Source: Trichosphaerium sp. ATCC 40318
Lineage: Eukaryota > Protista > Tubulinea
Direction of reading: 5' to 3'
NCBI GenBank assembly: GCA_038496445.1
Contig: JALMLS010000577.1
Location: 1,116,001 to 1,180,000, forward strand
Length of the DNA stretch: 64,000 nt
The notes under the pieces were generated by a model. It was not told where the DNA came from and did not search any database. It saw only the letters and a program-made list of their open reading frames with translations. The position numbers and the translations under genes are program-made. Numbering within the stretch: position 1 is the first letter of the stretch; each line of letters begins with the position of its first letter. Positions 41,864-51,933 of the stretch are shown in pieces.

Positions 41864-42096
41864 GGCGCGTGGGAGGTTGGAGAAGGTTTTTCATTGACCA
41901 CGGCTGCGACCGCGACCACGGTATCCCCCTCGCTGAAAGGCGTTACCACTGGGAGCATGATATTGAGTGCCAGGTGGTGCTCCGTTGTTTCTACCACCAC
42001 TGTTGTTGTTAGTAGCGTTGTTGCTACCACCACCATTGTTGCTGTTGTTGTTGCGTCCGTTACCGCCACGGCCACCGTTACGACCGCGACCACCAC
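36998..42096 (-). CDS. pol: reverse transcriptase + RNase H + DIRS-type DNA methyltransferase-like domain (interrupted twice)
   Basis: RT: DFRSGFHHI, MPFGVRFAP, IWIDDW. RNase H: ETDAS, HINELEL, IDS, NSADWPSR. MT-like: VDRFAT, QDW...NYACPP, LPVWAAQPWW. The reconstituted frame is 2115 nt (705 codons). Confidence 0.92.
37284..39335. mobile_element. Non-autonomous TIR element (2052 bp) with inverted ATACCAT-rich subterminal arrays
   Basis: Ends are CAGGTCTGAAAATT ... AATTTTAGACCTG. TATACCAT motifs dominate the left end and ATGGTATA the right. Removal plus one A restores both overlapping frames. Confidence 0.88.
37471..37840. repeat. 80-bp tandem repeat, ~4.6 copies, inside the 2-kb TIR element
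   Basis: ATATAATTATACCATAAAA at 37471, 37551, 37631, 37711 and 37791. Confidence 0.95.
39701..40629. mobile_element. MITE/non-autonomous DNA transposon, 929 bp, 25-bp TIR, TA target duplication
   Basis: CAGGGCTGAAACTAAAYAAGGCTTT at both ends (1 mismatch), TA at 39699-700 and 40630-31, and AGGCA/TGCC-rich subtermini. Excision restores AQIQDRVVQ in RNase H. Confidence 0.93.
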
Positions 42097-43213
42097 CGTT
42101 ACGATTGCGGTTACGCCTGCTGTATCGACTCTTAATGTTCATAAACTTAATCTTCTTTCGAAGATCACTTTCTTCTTTTGCTTTGATAGCATTGGCCTTG
42201 TCCATGAGTGTTTGATGAGCAGGAGGCATGCTATACAAAGACTTATCCTCCAATACTTGTTTAGTGACATCAACACCAACCTCCTCGATCATAATAATCT
42301 CGGTCATCATCGCCAATATTGGTTTTATGGATGGATCAGAGGCGGGCTTGTTCTCACGCTGTGCAATTCTGCACAAATTCTCGTACTGTTTATACGCAAG
42401 TCGACGCGCTTTCGATTCAACGCCTGTACCCCATGATATGCTGTTTGACGGTTCAAAATATACCAGCTGATGTATATTTGTAGGTAAAGTACCAACTGGC
42501 AAAGAAGGTACATACACTCGATTTGAATTGGGCATAGGGACGTTCGTAGGTACTGAAGGAGGCGCTTGCGTGCGTGTGTTTTGACGTGCCGAAGTATCAC
42601 GCTCATTATTTATCCACCGGTCTTCATGCTCGATATCTCTCATGTCGCGTACGTCTTGATCCTCTTCGAGTGCTCTCGCTAGATTATCCTCTAAAATAGA
42701 ATTCAAATCGCTACACAGAGAAGCACGAAATTCTTTAAATTTGCTGTCGATAATAGAAGAGAGCTGCGTTGGAATAATTTGCGTGCCGTTTAGGGCCTCA
42801 TTTATTACGTGAGGCTCGTTTTTACGTGATTTATCGTCCGTAGACGCCTGAGACGCTTGTCTCAGTGTTAAGGCTTCCTTTACTCCGACAAATATTCTTC
42901 CTTCTTCTATTTTAATCGCTGTGCTTAGGGCAATCTCTAGCTGTTCTTTAATCGGTCGTGTGTCGGGAGATTTGTCGTAACACAAAGTAAAATTATGTGT
43001 TGAGTCGGTGTCGACTAGCAGTCGATATAGGTGATAAGCATTGCCTTCTATGCCATCTCCGGGTAAATATTGCATCCCCATGTCGTGATAAATTTGCTTC
43101 AACCACATCTCGTTAGCCACGCCTAAGCGTAAGGCTGGCATCTTTTTTATAAGGTTTTGCCAATAAATTTCCTTTTTTACCGCTGAACTAACTACGTAAC
43201 TACCTTCAGACAT
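41891..43213 (-). CDS. gag-like ORF of the YR retroelement
   Basis: 440-aa intronless ORF upstream of and overlapping pol, with an RGG/Asn-rich basic tail. No CCHC knuckle seen. Confidence 0.75.
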   Translation of the reverse strand: MSEGSYVVSSAVKKEIYWQNLIKKMPALRLGVANEMWLKQIYHDMGMQYLPGDGIEGNAYHLYRLLVDTDSTHNFTLCYDKSPDTRPIKEQLEIALSTAIKIEEGRIFVGVKEALTLRQASQASTDDKSRKNEPHVINEALNGTQIIPTQLSSIIDSKFKEFRASLCSDLNSILEDNLARALEEDQDVRDMRDIEHEDRWINNERDTSARQNTRTQAPPSVPTNVPMPNSNRVYVPSLPVGTLPTNIHQLVYFEPSNSISWGTGVESKARRLAYKQYENLCRIAQRENKPASDPSIKPILAMMTEIIMIEEVGVDVTKQVLEDKSLYSMPPAHQTLMDKANAIKAKEESDLRKKIKFMNIKSRYSRRNRNRNGGGRGRNGGRGGNGRNNNSNNGGGSNNATNNNSGGRNNGAPPGTQYHAPSGNAFQRGGYRGRGRSRGQ

Positions 43214-43304
43214 CTCACCAGTCTTAAAAATAGCTATCGTAGGATTGCGGAAACGTTGTTACGTTCAAGGAACAAAAGGGCTTAAGAATATCGTATTGTT
43301 AAGC

Positions 43305-43436
43305 ACTTTGAACAATACCTACAATAAGTTAAGTACCATTACTTACACACATAATAACACTAATAGCAGAAAACTAAAAATAGAAATAAAAACCAGTTGT
43401 TTATTTAAGTGAGAATACAATCACGCATTTGTACTT
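43305..43436. repeat. 132-bp direct repeat R, inner copy
   Basis: Identical to 45565-45696. Contains the endonuclease C-terminal codons, the stop, AATAAA (minus strand) and one TAAG-N8-CTTA site. Confidence 0.97.
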
Positions 43437-44207
43437 TAATACCAGCAATAATACAAGAATGTCCACGGCATTGGCCATTTCTCTTACACCATCTTCTTGA
43501 ACTGTTAACTTTACCAGGCTCCAAGACAATGTGATCTGGGTTAGTACAAAAGGTACAATGACACAAGTGTGATGCATCTACTAAAGTACGGGCCAAACCC
43601 GGATACCATAAGTAGTTGCCATCAAGCCCTTTGTCAAACAAAGTAATGCCCTTCTCCACATATAGAACTGTATGGGCTAGATTGAAAAGTCTGCTCATTT
43701 TTCTGGTTCTAAATACAGCACGGAGGTACCCTGCACTAGTGGTTGACCCTCTGGTGCACAATTTGCACCCGGTATCTAGAATATACAATAAGTTTCTGAG
43801 TGATTACTTTGGTTGCTTTGTTAAGGTATACGCTTAAGCACACACACAATAACCCTAATAACAAAAAAAAACAAATTTAAGGTACCTTCAATATCAATTG
43901 ACTTTACTCGCATGGACTTTAACTTTGCTTGGGCAATGTCCCAAGGTAAAGTGCGAATATCTGTGGCAATGTGCCTTACATGAGCATCATTCCATTCTCT
44001 CTTAGGTACACACATTGCAACATAGTCATTAGTGTTCATTTTTCCAAGCGGTGTATTCCATGTTCTAGGCATACGCTTGTGTGGACACAGTGGTGGGTGA
44101 AATGGTTCAACAATGTGAAAGAAAGGAGTTCTTTTAGCAAAGTACAAGGGGCTGTACAGTTTCTCTGGGCCGGTTATGGTGTAGTAATTAGGCAAGTGTT
44201 CACACAT
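43405..44207 (-). CDS. His-Cys box / His-Me finger endonuclease (I-PpoI-like zinc-binding loop), 2 exons, 230 aa
   Basis: Exons 44207-43886 and 43775-43405 joined by a 110-nt GT-AG intron give 693 nt in frame. Motif ASHLCHCTFCTNPDHIVLEPGKVNSSRRWC...CRGH...C. Confidence 0.85.
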
Positions 44208-44329
44208 TCTTGAGGAGGCGTTGTTGTTGTTGTGTTGGATGTAGAATTATGATATAAAAGTAGTCGAGTAAATCGATCTTGTATCACTCAGATTTTTTCA
44301 ATCAACATTTATCTGTTTTCAATCACTGT

Positions 44330-45560
44330 AAAGTGTGTATAAGGATGTGTACTTAAAACGTAATAGCCCGTATCAAACTATACTCAGGATTGATTATGCA
44401 TTGTTGGTTAAGGTAATCAACTTAAAATAAAATAGCCCGTATCAAAGTACAACTTTTCAATCACCTTTTGAATGTGATTAAGGATGTGTACTTAAAACGT
44501 AATGACTCTAATGGTGGCAAATACAACATTGGTTGTTGGCGAGGGTTTTAAACAATCTAATTTGTAGTTGTAAACGCTTTTGGAATCAATCTGGTAACTG
44601 TGTTAAGTAGGTGAACTTAGATCGTAATAGCAACAATCAATCTAGTGTAACTGTTTTAAGGATGGATACTTAAACAACAATGGCAACAATCAATCTAGAT
44701 AAAGTACATTAAGGATGTGTGCTTAAACTATAATAGCAACAATCAATCTAGATAAAGTGTATTAAGGATGTGTGCTTAATGCATAATGGCAACAATCAAT
44801 CTAGTGTAAGTATTAAGCATGTGTGCTTAAACTATAATAGCAACAATCAATCTAGATAAAGTACATTAAGGATGTGTACTTAAAACGTAATGACTCTAAT
44901 GGTGGCAAATACAACATTGGTTGTTGGCGAGGGTTTTAAACAATCTAATTTGTAGTTGTAAACGCTTTTGGAATCAATCTGGTAACTGTGTTAAGTAGGT
45001 GAACTTAGATCGTAATAGCAACAATCAATCTAGTGTAACTGTTTTAAGGATGGATACTTAAACAACAATGGCAACAATCAATCTAGTGAATTGTATTAAG
45101 CAAGGAAACTTAGTGTACAATGGCAACAATCAATCTAAATAAAGTGCATTAAGGATGTGTGCTTAATGCATAATGGCAACAATCAATCTAGATAAAGTAC
45201 ATTAAGGATGTGTGCTTAAACTATAATAGCAACAATCAATCTTAGAGTAATGGCTATTCGCCAATGATACTAAGTAATACAACTTAATACAAGATAGCAA
45301 CAATCTGGATAAAGTACATTAAAGATGTGTGCTTAAACTATAATAGCAACAATCAATCTAGATAAAGTGCATTAAGGATGTGTGCTTAAACTACGAACTT
45401 TGATCGTAATAGTACCAATCAATCTAGTCTTAATGTGTTAAGGTTGAATATGGATTTATACTTCAACTTGTAAAGGATTGGACCTTGAGCTGTTTATAGT
45501 TGTAGTTTTATCAATCCATAATCAGTATTAATCTCAATATGGTTAAGCATGTGTACTTAA
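44330..45560. repeat. ~53-bp-period array of AATRGCAACAATCAATCTAG plus TAAG-N8-CTTA dyads, with an internal 222-bp exact duplication
   Basis: Dyads at 44340, 44409, 44479, 44604, 44657, 44710, 44763, 44814, 44867, 44992, 45045, 45097, 45150, 45203, 45271, (45320, 1 mismatch), 45373 and 45544. 44477-44698 = 44865-45086. Confidence 0.95.
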
Positions 45561-45564
45561 AATG

Positions 45565-45696
45565 ACTTTGAACAATACCTACAATAAGTTAAGTACCATT
45601 ACTTACACACATAATAACACTAATAGCAGAAAACTAAAAATAGAAATAAAAACCAGTTGTTTATTTAAGTGAGAATACAATCACGCATTTGTACTT
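45565..45696. repeat. 132-bp direct repeat R, terminal copy (2 bp from the junction core)
   Basis: Identical to 43305-43436. Confidence 0.97.
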
Positions 45697-45700
45697 CGTA

Positions 45701-47169
45701 CTACGTAGAACAATGTAACATTAGTTTAAAATCTCGTACACGTCATTGCCACCACCTCCATTAATCGTTGGTGGACGAATAGAAGACTGAGTGCTCCCTT
45801 TGGCTGTTATGCGGTCATTTCCATTTCCACCATTGATATTACCACTTCTGGACTCAAAGTCGCAGATATCAATATTATCAACACCACTACCACCATTTAT
45901 GGTGTTAAATATAACATCGTTCATAGCAATATGATCAGCACCACTATTTCCTTTAAAAATTGTCAAAAAACAAGGTTTTTAAAAAGCACGTGACTACGAA
46001 AATAATGAAAAATGGCACGCAAAGCAGATGTAGTGTAAAGATATTTGAGGTTTTTTTTGGGTGAGTTTTTCTTTTACGTTACCTGTAGCTTCGTCAAATT
46101 CTGTTTTGGTTGCTTTTATACAATCAGCTCCAGCGCCACCAATTATTAAATCAATCATAGAACTCATTTGTCTTTTATCTGAACCTACAAGCAAGATAGT
46201 CAGACGAGACAAATAATCACATGGTTTTCTTCGTTTTTTTTTCAAAGACTTTTTTTGTAAAATCCTGTACCTTCACGCTTTCCAGGTTCTGGTCCAAGAA
46301 TGTCAATACAATCAGCTCCGTTTCCAGAGTTTATGTTTCTCCTAAAATAAAAATCAAAATCTTTGAGCGAGGAACATAGAAAACATGGTAATTTTTTTGC
46401 TGAGTTTCGTTTTCGAGAGAAAAAAAAATAGAACAAAACCACTAATCTCGTACGCTTCACAAGAGGTCAATTTTATCCAATCAGCGCCACCATTAGTGAT
46501 GATATCTTTGTAAAAAGTGAGTTGAAGAAATAAAATTGTACCAAAGAAAGTAAATATTAGCTTACCTCTTACAACACTGTTTTTTAGATATACACAATCA
46601 CCACCTGTACCTGTCCAATTTTTTAGCAAGTTACGTAACTTGTACAAAAAAACACTACTGGAGCTCGGTTGACTTACCTGTTTCAATGTCACGAACTTCA
46701 GCACCGTCACCAATAATATATCCACTCCTTCATTAGTGTTAATATCACGTGTTATTTCGCTTCCGGGGTCTAGAAAGACGCAATCGACACCATCCGTTCC
46801 TACTATGACGCGTATACTTGTGTCTGTAGTGACAATAACACAATCCTGATTTCGTATTCCTACAAAGAAAATCTCATTAGGAACAAACATTAGGTGAAAA
46901 AATTGAAAAAAATAAACAAAAGGCATACTATTTCCTTGGCTATTTTGGCTTGTGGCGGTGAAGCAAGTTCCTGCCGCCCTTCGCCACATACAATAACTAA
47001 GATCGCACGGAACGCAATCATCACACGCCTGTGCGTAGCACGAAGCTACTATTGTTACAATGGTAAGTGTTTGAAGGTTAATAGTACAAAACAAACGAAA
47101 GGGGTGGTTAAATACATTACCTAGTAACACAACTAGCGAGACAAAGATGGAAGCACTAAAACCACTCAT
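45701..47169 (-). pseudogene. 5' part of the interrupted secreted gene with RTX/hemolysin-type GGxGxD Ca-binding repeats, multi-exon
   Basis: Signal peptide MSGFSASIFVSLVVLL. Repeats GTDGVDCV, TGGDCV, GGADWI, GNGADCI, GGAGADCI, GGSGVDNI, GGNGNDRI and GGGGND. Last intron is 45739-45701. Confidence 0.8.
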
Positions 47170-48899
47170 TGGTTTTGTTGCCTTGATAGTTTAAAAAGCC
47201 TGTATAAGAAAAAAAAGGGAATCACATCTGTCTCGAGGATTGGATTCATTGAATTATCAAGCAAAAAGATGAGTTTGTCCGAGTTTCCCCTCCGTTGTAG
47301 AATAAAACTCAAAATGCCTTTCGCGAATGTCCCTAATTAAAGGGCCCTAAACAAATAACTGCTAGTTTGGTTTACCGCGGATACTTTTGTGATACATTGA
47401 ATCATAACTTCAGTATGTTCTTTTTCTTTAGAGATGTTATGGGGAAACGTGTAACGATACTTATCAGACGAGAAGACTCGAGGATTGGTTTCAGTGCATA
47501 TTAGTATTCACGCTCAGTGATTATATCGCTATCTAGTGCTTGTATGACGTTTGGATGACGTCTAAATCTTGTAAATAATTATAAATTAGTTACAAATTCA
47601 TCCACCCGACCGTATGGACTGAATGTTGTGTGAAACATACGAAAATGGCTAGTTAGCGCCTAAAAAGGTACACAGCCTTACATTGATGCTTAATAAGTGC
47701 TTAGGTGGTGTTTTGGGTAGTACAAAGTTCGTGGCATGTGCTTTTTTGCATGTGGCGGAAACACAACAAATTGTCGAAAAAACTGAACACTGAGCTAAAT
47801 GACACTGTCGGAATGTGAAGGTTGACACTCCACAGAAGGCTATTCGAGGGTTTGTTGCTCAATTTGAGGACATGGATTTATTGCGTGAATAGGCATTGAA
47901 ATTCGTACTTGTCAAAATCAAATCAAAAACTGTCAGGTTTGTCCTGATGTACTGCAATCTCGTTTTTTAGGTTTTTGACTTTGATACATACAAACTTTCA
48001 GTTAGGCTTTCCTATCTTAGCTCTTTTATTGTTAGGGAAAGTATGATACAATGAATTTCTACGAAATAGATACTAACTAAGTTCTTTTCTTTTGAATTCT
48101 CATTCTTTTCTGCTATTTTACTTTTGTTTAGGTCGGTTGATAATGTATTCCATGCATTGGAAGTAATTACACTGATACCGAAGGATCACTTGTATACAGA
48201 TTCTGCAAAGAACCTGATAAAGCAAGTAATGACGGCGCATTGGAGGGGAACACTCAGTGAACACCCTTAACGAAGAAACATGGCGCTGTCATTGCTATAT
48301 GTATCTGTATCTTTTGTTGTTATTGCTGCTGGTACGCTGAAATTAACACTATGGACTCTAAATTAATAATATGTTAGGCATTGGAGTTGTAGTGTTCATA
48401 ACCATTAGAAGAATCAAAGTTGTGAAACTGTCTCTCTTTTCCCTTATTGTATAGCGCTTAATAATACTCAAATATGAACCAATAATAGAGCGTAATTATA
48501 GCTAGATCGAATAAAGGGAGAAGGCAACTTGGTGAAAAACCACGAAAGTGTTCAAAGCGAGACTTCGCGTAGACAGGTGCAAGTGCTAAGCATATGACAG
48601 TTATTGCAACAAGAATAAGTGTTCATGATTCGGATTGTTGGATAGTAAATGAAAGAAGAATGTCTAAATTAAGCCCAAATCTCACTTTGTACTTTTATTC
48701 AAATGTTATGATTGCTGTTGACTTTTTTTCGTAAACACCCATAAAAATGGCGTTAACAAAATGAGGGGTAGTATAAAGCAGTGGTTTGTTAAAGATTAAT
48801 GGCTAATCAAGCAATATCGATACAAGCTACCTTAAATCGGAAATAAACGCGTTAAAAGCGCACAAGAGCGTATAAAAGTGTATGTAGTAGAGTTTAGCA

Positions 48900-51288
48900 G
48901 AATTTTTATGGCAAAAGCGATTACAAATGCAGTTGGCTATTCGTACGTCACCGAAATGTCATTGTGTTACATAATCAAGGTTGTAGCTCTAAATTCATTT
49001 CACATACCCTAAACAGTACAGCAAAAAAACTAAACGTCAAACACCTTGATGATTGGTACAATGTCCGTACAGAGGACTGCCTGAAGCATGGTGGCTCTGG
49101 GATGCTACGGTAAGAAGAAGCTAACCTAAAACTCTACCTGACATCATCAGGCTCTTCCACAATGGCTCTCTTTGTTTCTGTTTACAGGTAGTGTATCCAA
49201 AGTATGATTGGATTCCATGGAACTTCAAGCACGTGGACTTACATTTGGACTGTTAAATGCAAAGAATAATTGTATTATTAGAGCAGTGCCAACAAAGTTT
49301 TGGGACAGTGTACCTAACCAACGACTCATGTTTGAAAGAATAGCAAAGGACCTTAAAGTTAAAGTACTTGATGATTGGTATGATATAAAACGTCAGAAAC
49401 TCATACAAAATGGAGCTGGAAGCATTCTAAGGTATGCAAAATGCCTAAAGGTGAATCTTGTGCTAACTTTTTTTTGTTTTTACAAGAAACCAATATTGTG
49501 GTGATTCTATTTCAGTTTGCCTATCAGCTTTGTATCCAAATCATCACTGGTACCCATGGAAGTTTAAGTTAGTGATGTCTTGGTTAGCATGTCACGTGCT
49601 AAAGAACTTTTGTTTGTAGACAAGATGGAGCAAGTTATTGGGATAGTGTTGCACACCAAAGAGAACAGTTTGAACGTATTGCAGAGGATCTAGAAATAAA
49701 AGATTTAGAAGCGTGGCATAGTGTTGGTAAAGATCAAATCAAAGCTGATGGTGCTACACTCATTTTGTACGAACTGTGTACATAATTTTCCCCGTGGTTG
49801 TTTTTTTTACTTTGGTTGATTGCTTATTCACTTCATAGAAATGAGCGATATAACGGAGATATTTCTAACTGTCTATCAAAGCTATATCCTCATTACAACT
49901 GGAACCCTTGGAAGTTTGAGTATGTTAATTTTTTTAGACTATTTTCATTGGCTTATTAGGCTTGTTTTTGTTTATCGGAGTTAGGATTGTCCCACAAAAA
50001 AATCGTAGGGAATTGCTTCAAAGTAATAGAGAAAGAAATTTACAAGAACGTATGGGTAGAGCTTTAGCTGTAAAAGACTTGGATAGATGGTTGTTCAAGT
50101 ATTGGAACGATATTGTCGGATTGCGTGATATGTTTGAGCGTGTAGGAAAGATTCTTGGTGTAAAACAGCTTGACGATTGGTATAGAGTTACTAGACAAGA
50201 TGTAATAGTTCATGGAGGAGCTTCTTTTATGTCGTACGACTAGTAATATTGTTGTGAATCCCTTTCTAATGTTTCTGTTCTTGAAGGAAGCGTGGCTGTT
50301 CACTTTCTTCTTGTTTATTTCAGATGTACCCAACATACAATTGGAAACCTTGGCTGTTTGCTACTAAAGATGGACAACACTATTGGGAAAGTGAAGATAA
50401 TAGACGGACGTTTTTACATACCGTAAAGCGTGAGTTTGCTGTTGACAGCAATCGTGCTTGGTATGTAGTTTTCTTACAAAAACGTACTGACTCTACTAGG
50501 TATCGTGTATCCCATAGCGAACTCCAATCTCTTGGCGGCCACGGTATGCTAAAGTATTGGCCTCAAGCACTTAATTTGATTGATCCCCACTGCGGTTGGG
50601 ATTGGAACAAGTTCTCTTTGTTAAATGGTAAAATGTCAAAACAGAAGTACGGACACTTTTATTGTACTATTCTGAACAGAGGCTATTTTTAGACGACTTA
50701 AGCAGCACGTGCAAACAATTTTTAAAGATTGTGCAGTTCTTGAAGAACATTTTATTGCATTACGTGCATCTAACCAAGAGATATTATCGGTGGATGTTTA
50801 TGTGCCAAAGTACAGTTTAGCATTCGAATACCAAGGTATAAATTTGTCTTTCTTTCATAAACAAATATCTCTGTAACTTCCATTAGGTGAACATCATTAT
50901 GGAGATGGTATATTCTATGCTGAGCAAATATCTGTCGCACAACAACTTCGTGATCAAGAGAAGCTTCAACAATGCACTGACATAGGTTACTACATACAAA
51001 AATTTAGGTTATTTTCATTTCTTTTGTTTGTTGCTTATTTTTTTTAAAGGTACTACTCTGGTCACTATACCGTATTGGTGGAAAGGAGATTTGCGTTCAG
51101 TGGTAGCAACAATACAAAAATATGCACCAGACGTGCCTTTGCATCATTCTCTGAGAGAGATGGCTCGGTTTACGTCACCACTATCAGCAACACGGCCAAG
51201 TGCGCCAAACACTCTGATGGCAAGCTTGATGTATCCTAGAAATAACAAAAACGCTGTGAATGTTGTAAATCAAACGAGAGCTTTCTAA
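48900..51288 (+). CDS. DDWY-repeat + PD-(D/E)XK-like nuclease protein (paralog of 19236-22186, no ligase domain); start uncertain
   Basis: Repeated LxVKxLDDWY...GG...YPxYxWxPWxF...FW units, then VDVYVPKYSLAFEYQGEHHY...RDQEKLQQC...TIPYWWKG. Confidence 0.75.
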
Positions 51289-51933
51289 GCTAACAATATG
51301 ACCAAATTACGCCTTGAGTGTTTATAATACGGCAGTAGCGCAACACTAGTGTACAATAAAAGCTACTTGTTACATCAACTTGAACATCTAACAATACATG
51401 ACTTATACATTGTTCCTAAAATATTAATCGCAAGTACATCAATTCAAACAATAAGTACGTTGTACATTCCTCAATATTTATCAAATCTTTACGATTGTTA
51501 CTTCTATTGTAGAAGTGATGATTTCTCAGACTTTAGCCCTACTCTATTTGTAGGTATCAAACAGCAGTACAGTATATTAGATCACTTGCATACCTAAGCC
51601 TTAGTGATTCTCGCGTCACTACGGAATCACTTTCATAGATCAAGCGGCTGTCCATTGTTGAGAAAGGTATTGATGGTAACTCATTTTTGGTGGTAGATAT
51701 TCGCTCTAACAAATAAAACTCTACCAAATAAAATTAACAAACCTATTCAATTGAGTACCTATGGTGTTGCAACTATCTAGTGTTTCGTTCTACCTTTCTG
51801 TTTACTGACAATCTCGTATCAGCGCGAGGCGTTGGATTGAATACTGTTTATTACCCTTATTGTGACGTTTCTGAACACGTGTGTACGACTTTTGGTCTTC
51901 AGCGTTCAAAACTTTAATTTTCGCGTTTTGACA

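Larger units (their letters stand above)
36067..45703 (-). mobile_element. Composite tyrosine-recombinase (DIRS-type) retroelement carrying a His-Cys endonuclease + repeat-array cassette; ~6.65 kb without its nested insertions
   Basis: TACTA occurs at both junctions (36067-71, 45699-703). Removing the insert rebuilds a 39-nt host intron and the in-frame peptide GGGGND-VIVIN. Contains gag, RT/RH/MT and YR. Confidence 0.88.

Noticed and set aside
41684-42470. Plus-strand ORFs over gag/pol, and similar shadow ORFs at 447-768, 13141-13563 and 39075-39563
   Set aside because: Antisense or alternate-frame shadows of real genes or repeats, with no domain signal.
44330-45560. CRISPR array
   Set aside because: The variable parts are only 6-10 nt and often reused, there are no unique 25-40-nt spacers or cas genes, and the context is eukaryotic.
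43305-45696. LTR pair of an LTR retrotransposon
   Set aside because: No TG...CA ends, PBS, PPT or DDE integrase, and the repeats flank the nuclease/array rather than gag-pol in the integrated form.
45721-45723. Stop codon ending the RTX-repeat gene (ORF 45721-45966)
   Set aside because: It lies inside a 39-nt GT-AG intron with a CTAAT branch-like site. The gene continues at 36068.
47700-48450. Cys-rich membrane-protein-like fragments
   Set aside because: Multiple stops and no consistent exon model. Possibly a pseudogene, but not supportable.
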